Shown: piece by piece, positions 53,670-62,689 of the stretch | Position numbering within the stretch: the first letter of the stretch is position 1 | Layout: each line of letters begins with the position of its first letter | Virus record (IMG/VR): IMGVR_UViG_3300034104_005687 | Span: 124,001-188,000 of that record | Direction: 5' to 3' (one strand) | Length of the DNA stretch: 64,000 nucleotides | Notes under the pieces: model-generated | Seen by the model: only the letters and a program-made list of their open reading frames with translations | What the model was told of the DNA's origin: nothing | The model's database searches: none | Position numbers and translations under genes: made by a program

Positions 53670-53690
53670 TTTTTGAACTAGGTACAGAAC

Positions 53691-53720
53691 AGCCTCGGAT
53701 TTATTCCGGGGCTTTCTTTT
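53691..53720 (+). terminator. intrinsic terminator
   Basis: AGCCTCGGA-TTTAT-TCCGGGGCT followed by TTCTTTT. Confidence 0.8.
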
Positions 53721-53737
53721 GGGTGTAAATATCAACA

Positions 53738-54169
53738 ATGAAGATCATATGCAAAACATTGTTTGACTGCACGTACACCGGAATAACTGGCAATTTTCGG
53801 CCGGGGCAGATACCTTTTCGCGATCGTGCTGGACAGCACATTCAAAGTTTGGGCGACTGGACCAAGGCCAGAAACCAGCAACGCAACTGGGAAGCCCTGC
53901 TGCAGGTTGTGAGTTTGACAACTCAGCCCCACAACATAGTGACACCCCGGCTAGTAGACCGTTACTGGGAATTTGAATTCACAGTTGAGTCTGTTGATGT
54001 GTTTGGGCTCAACAGCAACAGTGATCCTTTGGCAGGACTAAAACAAAATTGCACAGGCGTGCCCATGATGACTGATCTCAACGAACAACATTCGTTGGAT
54101 CCCATGCTGTCAAGCCACGGTGCAGAACAGAACATCTGGTTTGAAATCATAAATATGGCATTGGAGTAA
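53738..54169 (+). CDS. hypothetical late protein
   Basis: 143 aa with TAAATA at 53726-53731. Confidence 0.7.
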   Translation: MKIICKTLFDCTYTGITGNFRPGQIPFRDRAGQHIQSLGDWTKARNQQRNWEALLQVVSLTTQPHNIVTPRLVDRYWEFEFTVESVDVFGLNSNSDPLAGLKQNCTGVPMMTDLNEQHSLDPMLSSHGAEQNIWFEIINMALE

Positions 54170-54173
54170 ACCC

Positions 54174-54437
54174 ATGGCCGAAACCACTGACATCGAAAAG
54201 AAAAGCCTAGAAGCACACGTTGAATTGTGTGCTGAGCGGTATCGCAACATTGACTCAAGACTGGACGAGTTGAGCAAAGATGTCTCCAAAGTCAACATCA
54301 CAGTAAGTGAAGTACACTCTATACTGCACCAAATGATAGAAAAAAGAAACAACCAATTAATCAATTGGGGTATTGGTATTATTGGCTCTCTAACAGCAGC
54401 CGTGGCATATTTGTTGATCAACTACGTATTGAAATGA
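54174..54437 (+). CDS. coiled-coil protein with C-terminal TM helix (holin/hemolysin XhlA-like)
   Basis: Heptad region followed by WGIGIIGSLTAAVAYLLINYVL. Confidence 0.55.
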   Translation: MAETTDIEKKSLEAHVELCAERYRNIDSRLDELSKDVSKVNITVSEVHSILHQMIEKRNNQLINWGIGIIGSLTAAVAYLLINYVLK

Positions 54438-54907
54438 ATCAACAACAAAAACTAGAAAAATTTGCACACAGTCATGCTCGTGCAGCTTTGAAACAATCAA
54501 TTATTCCATTGGATGACGGATATTTGGTGTTTGGGCAATACGTCATAAAAGAAGCTGATCACGGTTTTGATGTGTTTCAATACAATGATCAGGTTGGATC
54601 ATTTGGCAGCAAAAAATCTGCCATGAGCTGGTGCATAGCTGATAGCTGCAAACAGTACCGACTGAGCTTTGAAATACAAACACTAGATTCAAAAAAGTCT
54701 CAGTTGTCTGCAGACATATCTATCAGGCGCCAGGTAGGTGAAATGAGCAAACACAGCAGCATCACTGAACTGATTGAAACCAAGCTAGAACCCAAAATTC
54801 GTTACTATAATTCAGTAAAAGCCGAACTTGAAAAATGTATTAATTCGGCTAAATATCTACAACTTAGAGGATTCTCAAATGAAACTGCAAGACCTAGCCG
54901 CGGCTAA
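54434..54907 (+). CDS. hypothetical protein
   Basis: Start at the ATGA overlap (MNQQQ). Confidence 0.65.
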   Translation: MNQQQKLEKFAHSHARAALKQSIIPLDDGYLVFGQYVIKEADHGFDVFQYNDQVGSFGSKKSAMSWCIADSCKQYRLSFEIQTLDSKKSQLSADISIRRQVGEMSKHSSITELIETKLEPKIRYYNSVKAELEKCINSAKYLQLRGFSNETARPSRG

Positions 54908-55793
54908 ACCCACACAACAAATTTCCAAAGTATTTGAAAGTTACTTTGGGGCAAAGTTTGATGTCAGCCAACTCACTGCTGCCCAAACTAATTCTATGCT
55001 GCGCCGAGTACGTCAAGTCATTGGTGAACATCGTTCCAGCACCAATCGTCATCAAAGCGAGCGCAATCCTGGTTATCTTAAACTGGTAATGGTTGAGCAA
55101 GCATTGAGCGCACGTCTGTCAGAAATGGCTCCTGTGCAACCTGCTGGAACACCTGAGCAACAAAAAGCTCAACAAGCAATGGCCACTGCTACCATCAGCG
55201 CCACCAAGGACCCCAAACTCAAAGCTGCACTGACCAAGGCCACCAAAGGTCAAAGCCTCACACCCGATGAACAGAAAATGGTTGCTGGCGCTGCACTCAT
55301 GAAAACTGAAAACAAGTTGGCCCGTGCCTACAAGATGTTGAAAGAAAGCGAAGTTCAACAAGCTCAGGTCGTGTTGGCTGCTCAAGACATGGTAGACAAA
55401 ATGCAAGCCATGCTGGAAGATGTCAGCGAACTGCAATTCAAAGAATTGCCTGCTTTGGTTGATTCAATCAAGAATCAAGTGGGCATTGACCAAGCTCAAC
55501 AATTCAATGCTGACGCCAGTGCTGCTCTCAGCGGGCTGATGCAGAATCTACAACAAGCCAAACAGCAGATGGACGCTGCACTTGGTGTAGTAACTGGACA
55601 ATCTACTGGCGCTGCCGCTGATCTTGGTGCCGAACTAGGTGCCCAAGCTGGCGCTGAAGCAGGTGCAGATCTTGGTGCTGAACTAGGTGCCGATGCCGGC
55701 GCCGATCTAGATGCTATGGCCGCTGATGCTGTTGACGACTTAGACAACGAAGAACCAACTGGTGGTCAAGCACTGGGTCGTGCACGTAGATAA
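54879..55793 (+). CDS. coiled-coil head/scaffold-like protein with Gly/Ala/acidic tail
   Basis: Late TAAATA at 54850-54855 and SD GAGG. (A/G)DLGAELGA repeats, with 24-nt duplicates at 55620-55643 and 55668-55691. Confidence 0.6.
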   Translation: MKLQDLAAAKPTQQISKVFESYFGAKFDVSQLTAAQTNSMLRRVRQVIGEHRSSTNRHQSERNPGYLKLVMVEQALSARLSEMAPVQPAGTPEQQKAQQAMATATISATKDPKLKAALTKATKGQSLTPDEQKMVAGAALMKTENKLARAYKMLKESEVQQAQVVLAAQDMVDKMQAMLEDVSELQFKELPALVDSIKNQVGIDQAQQFNADASAALSGLMQNLQQAKQQMDAALGVVTGQSTGAAADLGAELGAQAGAEAGADLGAELGADAGADLDAMAADAVDDLDNEEPTGGQALGRARR

Positions 55794-56143
55794 TGCGAAT
55801 TCTCGAAGTTGATTCGTCAATGACACCAAGCCCAGACAAACTGCTGGGACTGGTGGAATTCCTAGCTGGACGAGCCGACGATACCAATGCTACCAAACAA
55901 ATCAGCAAAGATGCGTTTGTTCAAATGGCCAACAATTTAGGCATCAACGTCAACGCAGCCAACTTGCCCGGCATAATCGATCGTCCGCCATTGAACAATG
56001 TGCTGGAGCCATTTGATCCTAATTCAAACATGATCACATTCAAAGGTGCCAACATCGGCCCCACTCAGATGCCAGTGAACAAGGCACAAGACATTGTGGC
56101 CAAAGCCGCCAAATCTGCTGCTCGCAAAGACCGAGGCCTTTAA
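55793..56143 (+). CDS. hypothetical protein with short CTS-like N-terminus (MRILE)
   Basis: TAATG-coupled, 116 aa. Confidence 0.65.
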   Translation: MRILEVDSSMTPSPDKLLGLVEFLAGRADDTNATKQISKDAFVQMANNLGINVNAANLPGIIDRPPLNNVLEPFDPNSNMITFKGANIGPTQMPVNKAQDIVAKAAKSAARKDRGL

Positions 56144-56163
56144 TCAAAACTGTCAACATTTGG

Positions 56164-56192
56164 TTGACTTTAGGCGTTATATATAGTATAAT
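56164..56192 (+). promoter_or_regulatory. sigma70 promoter TTGACT-17-TATAAT
   Basis: Direct match. SD AAGGAG precedes 56211. Confidence 0.85.
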
Positions 56193-56210
56193 AACTTAAA
56201 GGAGATCACT

Positions 56211-56525
56211 ATGAAAAAGATCTTAATTTCACTAGCATTGTCAATGGTCACTGTGCCAGCACTAGCACAACATTGGCATCATGGACACAGGTATCATGGC
56301 CCAGTCAGACACCACGGGCATTATGGTCATAACAACTGGGTCGCACCGTTGATCATTGGCGGCGTAGTAGGTGCTGTTATTGCCAATAGACCCCCGCAGC
56401 CAGACACAATAATTGTTCATCAATACCCACCAACAGTTTTTACTCCACAGGTCAACTGTACTGTGTGGAAAGAGATTGTAACCCCCGAAGGTAATGTTTA
56501 CCGCGAAAGAACCTGTACACAATAA
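56211..56525 (+). CDS. exported His/Gly-rich small protein
   Basis: Signal peptide MKKILISLALSMVTVPALA, His-rich stretch, hydrophobic WVAPLIIGGVVGAVIA, two C-terminal Cys. Confidence 0.75.
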   Translation: MKKILISLALSMVTVPALAQHWHHGHRYHGPVRHHGHYGHNNWVAPLIIGGVVGAVIANRPPQPDTIIVHQYPPTVFTPQVNCTVWKEIVTPEGNVYRERTCTQ

Positions 56526-56526
56526 T

Positions 56527-56919
56527 ATGGCATATTCAAACAAAGTTGTAGACCACTATGAAAATCCCAGGAATGTCGGATCTTTTGACAAGAGTGATAC
56601 TGATATTGGTACTGGTATGGTTGGCGCACCTGCTTGCGGCGACGTTATGAAATTACAGATAAAGGTAGATCATGATACAGGTATTATTACAGATGCAAAA
56701 TTTAAAACGTATGGCTGCGGATCGGCTATTGCGAGCTCGAGCCTCATTACAGAGTGGGTCAAAGGTATGCACATCGACCAAGCCGGAGAAATCAAAAACT
56801 CCGACATTGCTGAAGAACTGGCCTTACCCCCAGTAAAGATACATTGCTCAATTCTTGCCGAAGACGCCATCAAAGCGGCTGTAGAAGACTATCGCAAGAA
56901 ACATGATCTCGTTCACTGA
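56527..56919 (+). CDS. iscU: Fe-S cluster scaffold IscU
   Basis: MAYSNKVVDHYENPRNVG, GAPACGDVMKLQ, FKTYGCGSAIAS, LPPVKIHCSILAEDA. Confidence 0.97.
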   Translation: MAYSNKVVDHYENPRNVGSFDKSDTDIGTGMVGAPACGDVMKLQIKVDHDTGIITDAKFKTYGCGSAIASSSLITEWVKGMHIDQAGEIKNSDIAEELALPPVKIHCSILAEDAIKAAVEDYRKKHDLVH

Positions 56920-57226
56920 TATAGCAAGAAACAAAATCCAAAAACTAGTCACAGCCAAAGGTTATGCTGGCATTCGGCTTGGCGTTAAAACTACAGGTTG
57001 CTCAGGTCTTGCTTATGTGTTAGAATACGTTAAAGAATACACATCAGAAGTCGGTGTTACAAACTATGCACAAGATGGCTTTGTTGTTTTGGTTGGAATC
57101 AAAGACGACATCTATCTTAGAAACATGACGGTAGATTATGTACGTCAAGGCCTTAACGAAGGCTTTGAATTCAGCAACCCCAATGAACGTGACCGATGTG
57201 GTTGCGGCGAAAGTTTTAGAGTTTAA
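56903..57226 (+). CDS. iscA: A-type Fe-S carrier IscA/HesB
   Basis: IRLGVKTTGCSGLAY, GFEFSNPN....CGCGESF. Confidence 0.95.
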   Translation: MISFTDIARNKIQKLVTAKGYAGIRLGVKTTGCSGLAYVLEYVKEYTSEVGVTNYAQDGFVVLVGIKDDIYLRNMTVDYVRQGLNEGFEFSNPNERDRCGCGESFRV

Positions 57227-57936
57227 TGATCACACAAAGATACAACTACACACCACTGAACCGTGAAACCATTGACGGCAAACGACACTACTGTTTGCCT
57301 GATGGCAGCAAGGTGCCCAGTGTTACAACTATTCTAGATCGAACCAAGCCCGCTGAAGCTCGAGAAGCCTTGGCCAACTGGAAACGTGCAGTGGGAGAAA
57401 AACGTGCCCAAGAAATCACCACAGAAGCTGCCAACCGCGGCACACGCATGCATGCCTATCTTGAGCAGTATGTGTTGACCACGGATCTAAAACCACTGCC
57501 CGGCAATCCTTATGCACATCCCAGCTGGTTTATGGCAGCAGAGGTCATACTCAAAGGACTACAACATGTAGATGAGTTTTGGGGTACGGAAGTTCCACTG
57601 TACTATTCGGGTCTGTATGCAGGCACCACCGACTTGATTGGCACCTGGAAAGGCCAGCCTGCTATTATGGATTTCAAGCAAAGCAACAAGGTAAAAAAGC
57701 GCGAATACATCGGGGACTATTTCCTGCAACTTGCAGCCTATGCAGCAGCACACAACGAAATGCACAGCACTAATATCAACACTGGTGTTGTATTGATGGC
57801 TGTGCAGCCAAAACTGCAGGCCGATGGTACTTACTCTACTCCTGAATACCTGGAGTTTGTGATCGAAGGCAACGAGTTTGCGTACTGGGCCGACGAATGG
57901 ATGAAACGAGTTGAGTTATACTATTTGACACGCTAA
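57226..57936 (+). CDS. PD-(D/E)XK exonuclease (Cas4/lambda-exo-like)
   Basis: PSVTTIL, RGTRMH, E..LY...YAGTTDL, IMDFKQS, QLAAYA. Confidence 0.85.
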   Translation: MITQRYNYTPLNRETIDGKRHYCLPDGSKVPSVTTILDRTKPAEAREALANWKRAVGEKRAQEITTEAANRGTRMHAYLEQYVLTTDLKPLPGNPYAHPSWFMAAEVILKGLQHVDEFWGTEVPLYYSGLYAGTTDLIGTWKGQPAIMDFKQSNKVKKREYIGDYFLQLAAYAAAHNEMHSTNINTGVVLMAVQPKLQADGTYSTPEYLEFVIEGNEFAYWADEWMKRVELYYLTR

Positions 57937-57965
57937 ATATGTGATACCTAGTAAGGAATCACACT

Positions 57966-59747
57966 GTGGCAATTGTACAAATATCAAGAATAACCCAACG
58001 TCAAGGTCTACTTGACGATTTACCCCAACCGCTGGCTGGCGCTGAATTTGGGTGGGCACTAGATCAACGAAGACTGTTTATCGGCAATGGCGAAGTGGCC
58101 GAAGGTGCTCCTGTAGTTGGCAACACTGAGATTCTGACAGAATTCACTGACGTGCTGTCGTTGGCCAGCGCCTACACATATCAAGGTCAGGCAGCAGGCT
58201 ATGATGCTCAAACTGGTCCCACAACCGGCGACCCTATAAGTCAAAGTATTCAAAGCAGATTGGACAGCTATGCAGTGTCCACAGTGTTTGGCGCAGTAGG
58301 TGACGGCGACACTGACGTAACAGCAGCCATTAACCGAGCACTTTTTCAGTTGTACTGTGTGCAGTCTAACACACAAATTCGCCGTAGCTTGTTTTTCCCG
58401 GCTGGCACATATATCATCACAGATACTATCAAGGTACCGCCATACGCCAAGCTCTACGGAGAAGGCGCTGACAGCACAATCTTTTTGTTTGAAGTACAAA
58501 TATGGGCAGCCAACACCGGCTATGCAGAAGGCGTCCTTGTCAAGGTAGAATCTGCGACTCCAGGGATATTCAACTACTATCGATCAGTAGCAACAGTTCC
58601 GCCCACAGGCATTCTTATCTCCAACACTGCTTATTGGGATCCAACCACACTGCCAACCTATGTAGTAGAAACTGCAGACAGCCTGCAGCAAACCGGTGTC
58701 AACATTGGTCAAGGCAACGCTGTGTCTCCGCGCAATGTGGAAATTTCTGGCATGACATTCCAGACCACTGAAGTAGGCAGTCATCAGATCTGCAATCTAG
58801 AACGTGTACAACAGTGTTATTTTGACAGTGTGAACTTTGTGGGTCCTCTGACCGAACAAGACTTGGACACTGATATTGACAATTTTAGCTGTGTGGTATT
58901 CAACGGTACTGCACAAGTACCGCCTACTCAAATTACACTGGACAAGTGCAAATTTATTGGTGCCACATATGCTGTCAGCACTGATCAACTGGTCAAAGGT
59001 GTGACCATCAGCAATGGATGGATGGATACGCTGTATCAAGGTGTGTATCTTGGTGATACCACTGTGGTCAATGGCGGCCCAACTGGCGTGAGAATTGTAC
59101 ACAACGAATTTGACAACATCTTTGCCGAAGGCATTGTGATGGAAAATTGCAGTCTCAACGCCAGTGCATACAACACATTCTATGATGTAGGCAATCACTT
59201 TTTTGGTACGGCGTTGCCTCAAACTCCTATCATCAACATCAATGCTGACAGCAATCTCAGCATAGGTGATCTGTTTCAGCGCACTGACACTCAGGCACTG
59301 ACACAGCCTAGAATACAGATCTACAATGTTGCCACTGGAGTTATTCCGCAATCCACAGGATACTCAGGTTCCAGCAAGCTTCAACTTGGCAGCTATGTTC
59401 AAGATGCAGGGCAACAAGAGGTACTGGAAGATGCAGCGACTGCTGAGCCTTTGTTTACAATTGACGTGTCAGAGTCAGTGTCTTTGGGTGGATTTTCTAG
59501 TTTTTCCGTAAACTACACTATCAAACGCCCAGGGTCTGCCCCATTGATTTCACTGCGTACTGGAGTACTCAGTGTGCAATCAGCCGGAGGGTACACATTG
59601 AACTACACCGACGACTACAGCGAAAACAATTCTACAGGTATCACACTGAGCGTGACACAGGTTAGCGATGCAGTAACTGTTCGATACACAGCTACATCGA
59701 CTACTTTTGACGGAACTATTTACTATACTATCACACACTTTGCTTAA
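57966..59747 (+). CDS. tail/baseplate protein with pectate-lyase-like beta-helix (GTG start)
   Basis: Anchor LAGAEFGWALDQRRLFIGNG, FGAVGDG.TD.TAAI, LFFPAGTY. Late promoter at 57934-57939. Confidence 0.75.
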   Translation: MAIVQISRITQRQGLLDDLPQPLAGAEFGWALDQRRLFIGNGEVAEGAPVVGNTEILTEFTDVLSLASAYTYQGQAAGYDAQTGPTTGDPISQSIQSRLDSYAVSTVFGAVGDGDTDVTAAINRALFQLYCVQSNTQIRRSLFFPAGTYIITDTIKVPPYAKLYGEGADSTIFLFEVQIWAANTGYAEGVLVKVESATPGIFNYYRSVATVPPTGILISNTAYWDPTTLPTYVVETADSLQQTGVNIGQGNAVSPRNVEISGMTFQTTEVGSHQICNLERVQQCYFDSVNFVGPLTEQDLDTDIDNFSCVVFNGTAQVPPTQITLDKCKFIGATYAVSTDQLVKGVTISNGWMDTLYQGVYLGDTTVVNGGPTGVRIVHNEFDNIFAEGIVMENCSLNASAYNTFYDVGNHFFGTALPQTPIININADSNLSIGDLFQRTDTQALTQPRIQIYNVATGVIPQSTGYSGSSKLQLGSYVQDAGQQEVLEDAATAEPLFTIDVSESVSLGGFSSFSVNYTIKRPGSAPLISLRTGVLSVQSAGGYTLNYTDDYSENNSTGITLSVTQVSDAVTVRYTATSTTFDGTIYYTITHFA

Positions 59748-60172
59748 TGTGGCCCCGAACTTTTTCTGACCGGTTGCAGGCCTGGGCAGTGTTGCGAGAA
59801 CAGTGCACTACTGCAGAGTTACCTGTTGCATTGACCGCCATCGACACATGGTGGCAACAAACCCCTTGGTGCCCGTATCACTTGCACTGGGACGATCGAC
59901 CCACTTGGCCAGATCCTTGGCAATTATTGGATGATAATCTGTATTGTTCTCTTGCTCGTGGCTTGGGAATCATGTATACTATAGCAATGCTTGATCGAAA
60001 AGATACTCAAGATGCGGTATTGTTTGAAGCCGAAGGCGACAATTTAGTCCAGGTTGCTTCAGGGAAATATATATTGAATTGGTCCGGTGGAACTCTGTTA
60101 AATATCAACCCAGGCACAAAAAACTTGCGCCGCCGTATTAGTCAGCAAGAAATATTACAACAAATTCAGTAA
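59747..60172 (+). CDS. hypothetical Trp-rich protein
   Basis: 141 aa, TAATG-coupled. Confidence 0.65.
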   Translation: MWPRTFSDRLQAWAVLREQCTTAELPVALTAIDTWWQQTPWCPYHLHWDDRPTWPDPWQLLDDNLYCSLARGLGIMYTIAMLDRKDTQDAVLFEAEGDNLVQVASGKYILNWSGGTLLNINPGTKNLRRRISQQEILQQIQ

Positions 60173-60179
60173 GGATAAA

Positions 60180-62501
60180 ATGAAACAGATTACAGTGGTC
60201 AAGCGTGACGGCAGTCGCGAGCCGTTGGCGTTGGAAAAGTGGCAAACTCAAATTGCCAAGATCTGCAAGGGAATTGCAGATGTCAGTCAGAGCATGGTAG
60301 AAATCAAAGCACAACTACATTTTTATGATGGTATTACTACCAAAGAAATTGACGAGATTACTCTACGTGCCATTGTGGATCTCATTGATGTAGAGTCCAA
60401 CCCAGATGTGGGGCACACCAATTACCAGTATGTAGCAGGCAAACAGCGTCTCAGTATGTTGCGCAAAGACGTTTACGGCAGCTACGAGCCTCCTCACTTG
60501 TATGAAATTGTGAAGAAGAACGTGGCCACAGGCCTGTACACTCCTGAACTGCTGGAATGGTACGACGAAGCTGAGTGGAATCGTATGAATGACATGATTG
60601 ATCATGTCAAAGATGAACAGTACAGCTATGCAGCCATAGAGCAATTGATTGAAAAATATCTTGTCAAGAATCGTAGTACCAAGGAACTATATGAAACTCC
60701 GCAAATCAGATACATGGTTGCAGCAGCTACTGTGTTTCACAAAGAAGAACCTAACAGTGCTCGTATGCGCTATATTAAAGAATACTACAACGCGGCTAGT
60801 GACGGTTTGTTTACTCTTGCTACTCCTGTACTTGCTGGCCTTGGTACTCCCACCAAACAGTTTAGTTCTTGCGTACTCATCAGAAGCGACGACGACCTGG
60901 ACTCAATTTTTGCGTCCGGAGAAATGATGGCCAAATATGCCAGCAAACGTGCTGGCATTGGTTTGGAAATTGGACGCTTACGTCCATTGGGTAGTCCCAT
61001 CCGCGGTGGTGAGATTATGCACACAGGTATGATACCGTTCTTGAAAAAGTGGTTCGGCGACCTACGTAGTTGCAGTCAAGGAGGTATTCGTAATGCAAGT
61101 GCTACTGTTTTTTATCCTATTTGGCATCATCAGTTTGATGATCTTATTGTACTTAAAAACAATCAAGGAACCGAAGAAACCCGAGTCCGTCATATGGATT
61201 ATGGGGTTGTGCTTAGTGCTTTCTTCTGGAGACGATTCAAGAACCGAGAAAACATAACCTTCTTTGATCCCAACGAAGTGCCCGAGCTGTATGAGGCCTT
61301 CTACAAGGACACTGCAAAGTTTGAAGAACTTTATGTTGAATATGAATCACGACGTGATCTCAGAAAAAAGATCATGAGTGCCGAAGAAGTATTCAAGGGC
61401 GGCATCTTAAAAGAACGCACAGACACAGGACGCATCTATCTAGTGTTTATTGACAATGTTATGAATCAAGGTCCGTTCGATCCCGAATACCACACAATTT
61501 ACCAGAGTAATTTATGCTGTGAAATTCTTTTACCTACTAAATCCTTTAAACGTTTGGATGACAGCGATGGTCGTATTGCACTTTGCACATTGGGCTCAAT
61601 CAATTGGGGTGCGTTCCGTAACCCAGAAGATATGCGCCGTGCTTGTCGCATATTGCATCGTAGCCTCAATAACATTCTTGACTATCAAGATTTTTTATCC
61701 ATTCAATCTAAATTATCAAACGATGAAATCAGACCTCTTGGAATTGGACTCACTAATCTTGCATACTGGCATGCTAAACGAGGCTTCCGTTACGGAGAGC
61801 AAGACGCCTTGGCTGAAGTCAAGACGTGGATGGAACACCAAGCCTACTACCTAACCGAAGCGTCAGTTGAGCTGGCCAAAGAACGTGGTCGTTGTGAAGG
61901 GTCAGATCAGACTCGTTACGGCAAGGGTGTGTTTCCATGGGAACTGCGTGCCAAAGGCGTCAATGAACTCACTGACTTCTCGCCAGAACTGAATTGGGAA
62001 GGCCTACGTGCAGAGATGCGCAGTTACGGTGTTCGCAATGCTACCTCAATGGCCATTGCTCCTGTGGAATCAAGCAGCGTGGTAATCAACTCGACCAACG
62101 GCATCGAAATGCCCATGAGCTTGATCTCAGTCAAAGAATCCAAGGCAGGTAGTCTTACACAAGTGGTTCCTGAATATCACAAGTTGAAAAACAGATATCA
62201 GCTGATGTGGGCACAAAAAGACTGTGATGGCTATTTGAAAACTGCCTCAGTATTGGCAGCTTATGTGGATCAATCAATCAGCACCAACACTTTCTACAAT
62301 CCTGCACACTTTGAAGGTCGCAAAGTGCCCACTACATTGATTGCCAAAAACTTGATGCAGGCTCATTACTGGGGACTCAAAACATTCTACTACAGTCTGA
62401 TCAACAAGCAAGGCTCAAAACAAGTAGAAGAGGCAGCGCCGGCAGTTCTAGAAGCCATAGATTTTGACGATCAAGAAGACTGTGAAAGCTGCAAGCTATG
62501 A
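60180..62501 (+). CDS. nrdA: ribonucleoside-diphosphate reductase class Ia alpha subunit
   Basis: ATP cone VVKRDG, QFSSC, QSNLCCEI, AIAPVESSS, WGLKTFYY, C-terminal CESC. Confidence 0.97.
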   Translation: MKQITVVKRDGSREPLALEKWQTQIAKICKGIADVSQSMVEIKAQLHFYDGITTKEIDEITLRAIVDLIDVESNPDVGHTNYQYVAGKQRLSMLRKDVYGSYEPPHLYEIVKKNVATGLYTPELLEWYDEAEWNRMNDMIDHVKDEQYSYAAIEQLIEKYLVKNRSTKELYETPQIRYMVAAATVFHKEEPNSARMRYIKEYYNAASDGLFTLATPVLAGLGTPTKQFSSCVLIRSDDDLDSIFASGEMMAKYASKRAGIGLEIGRLRPLGSPIRGGEIMHTGMIPFLKKWFGDLRSCSQGGIRNASATVFYPIWHHQFDDLIVLKNNQGTEETRVRHMDYGVVLSAFFWRRFKNRENITFFDPNEVPELYEAFYKDTAKFEELYVEYESRRDLRKKIMSAEEVFKGGILKERTDTGRIYLVFIDNVMNQGPFDPEYHTIYQSNLCCEILLPTKSFKRLDDSDGRIALCTLGSINWGAFRNPEDMRRACRILHRSLNNILDYQDFLSIQSKLSNDEIRPLGIGLTNLAYWHAKRGFRYGEQDALAEVKTWMEHQAYYLTEASVELAKERGRCEGSDQTRYGKGVFPWELRAKGVNELTDFSPELNWEGLRAEMRSYGVRNATSMAIAPVESSSVVINSTNGIEMPMSLISVKESKAGSLTQVVPEYHKLKNRYQLMWAQKDCDGYLKTASVLAAYVDQSISTNTFYNPAHFEGRKVPTTLIAKNLMQAHYWGLKTFYYSLINKQGSKQVEEAAPAVLEAIDFDDQEDCESCKL

Positions 62502-62689
62502 ACAGCATTGAACGCATTTGGGCCAGGGCAACTGGGCACTTGATGGGAAAATCAGATCACGATCGTCCAGATGTTCCTATATTAACTCTTCAAGAAGCTC
62601 GGATAGCCTTGTGGCTCAAGACTTTTTGGATTATACTACACGTAGTGACTTGCTGCTTTATTATTGCAAACACAATAAGACATTGGTAA
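62498..62689 (+). CDS. small membrane protein
   Basis: 63 aa with a hydrophobic C-terminal helix, ATGA and TAATG coupling. Confidence 0.65.
   Translation: MNSIERIWARATGHLMGKSDHDRPDVPILTLQEARIALWLKTFWIILHVVTCCFIIANTIRHW

Noticed and set aside
57226-57936. Cas4 as part of a CRISPR-Cas system
   Set aside because: No cas1/cas2 or array, and the four Fe-S cysteines of Cas4 are absent. It is a stand-alone phage exonuclease.
60650-61800. Possible mosaic codon usage inside nrdA
   Set aside because: The impression of patchy CTT/ACT-rich segments is too weak to call without computation.
16754-62501. Inteins or group I introns in terL, uvsX, uvsW, helicase or nrdA
   Set aside because: All are uninterrupted, of ordinary length, and lack C...HN/C splice motifs or embedded homing endonucleases.
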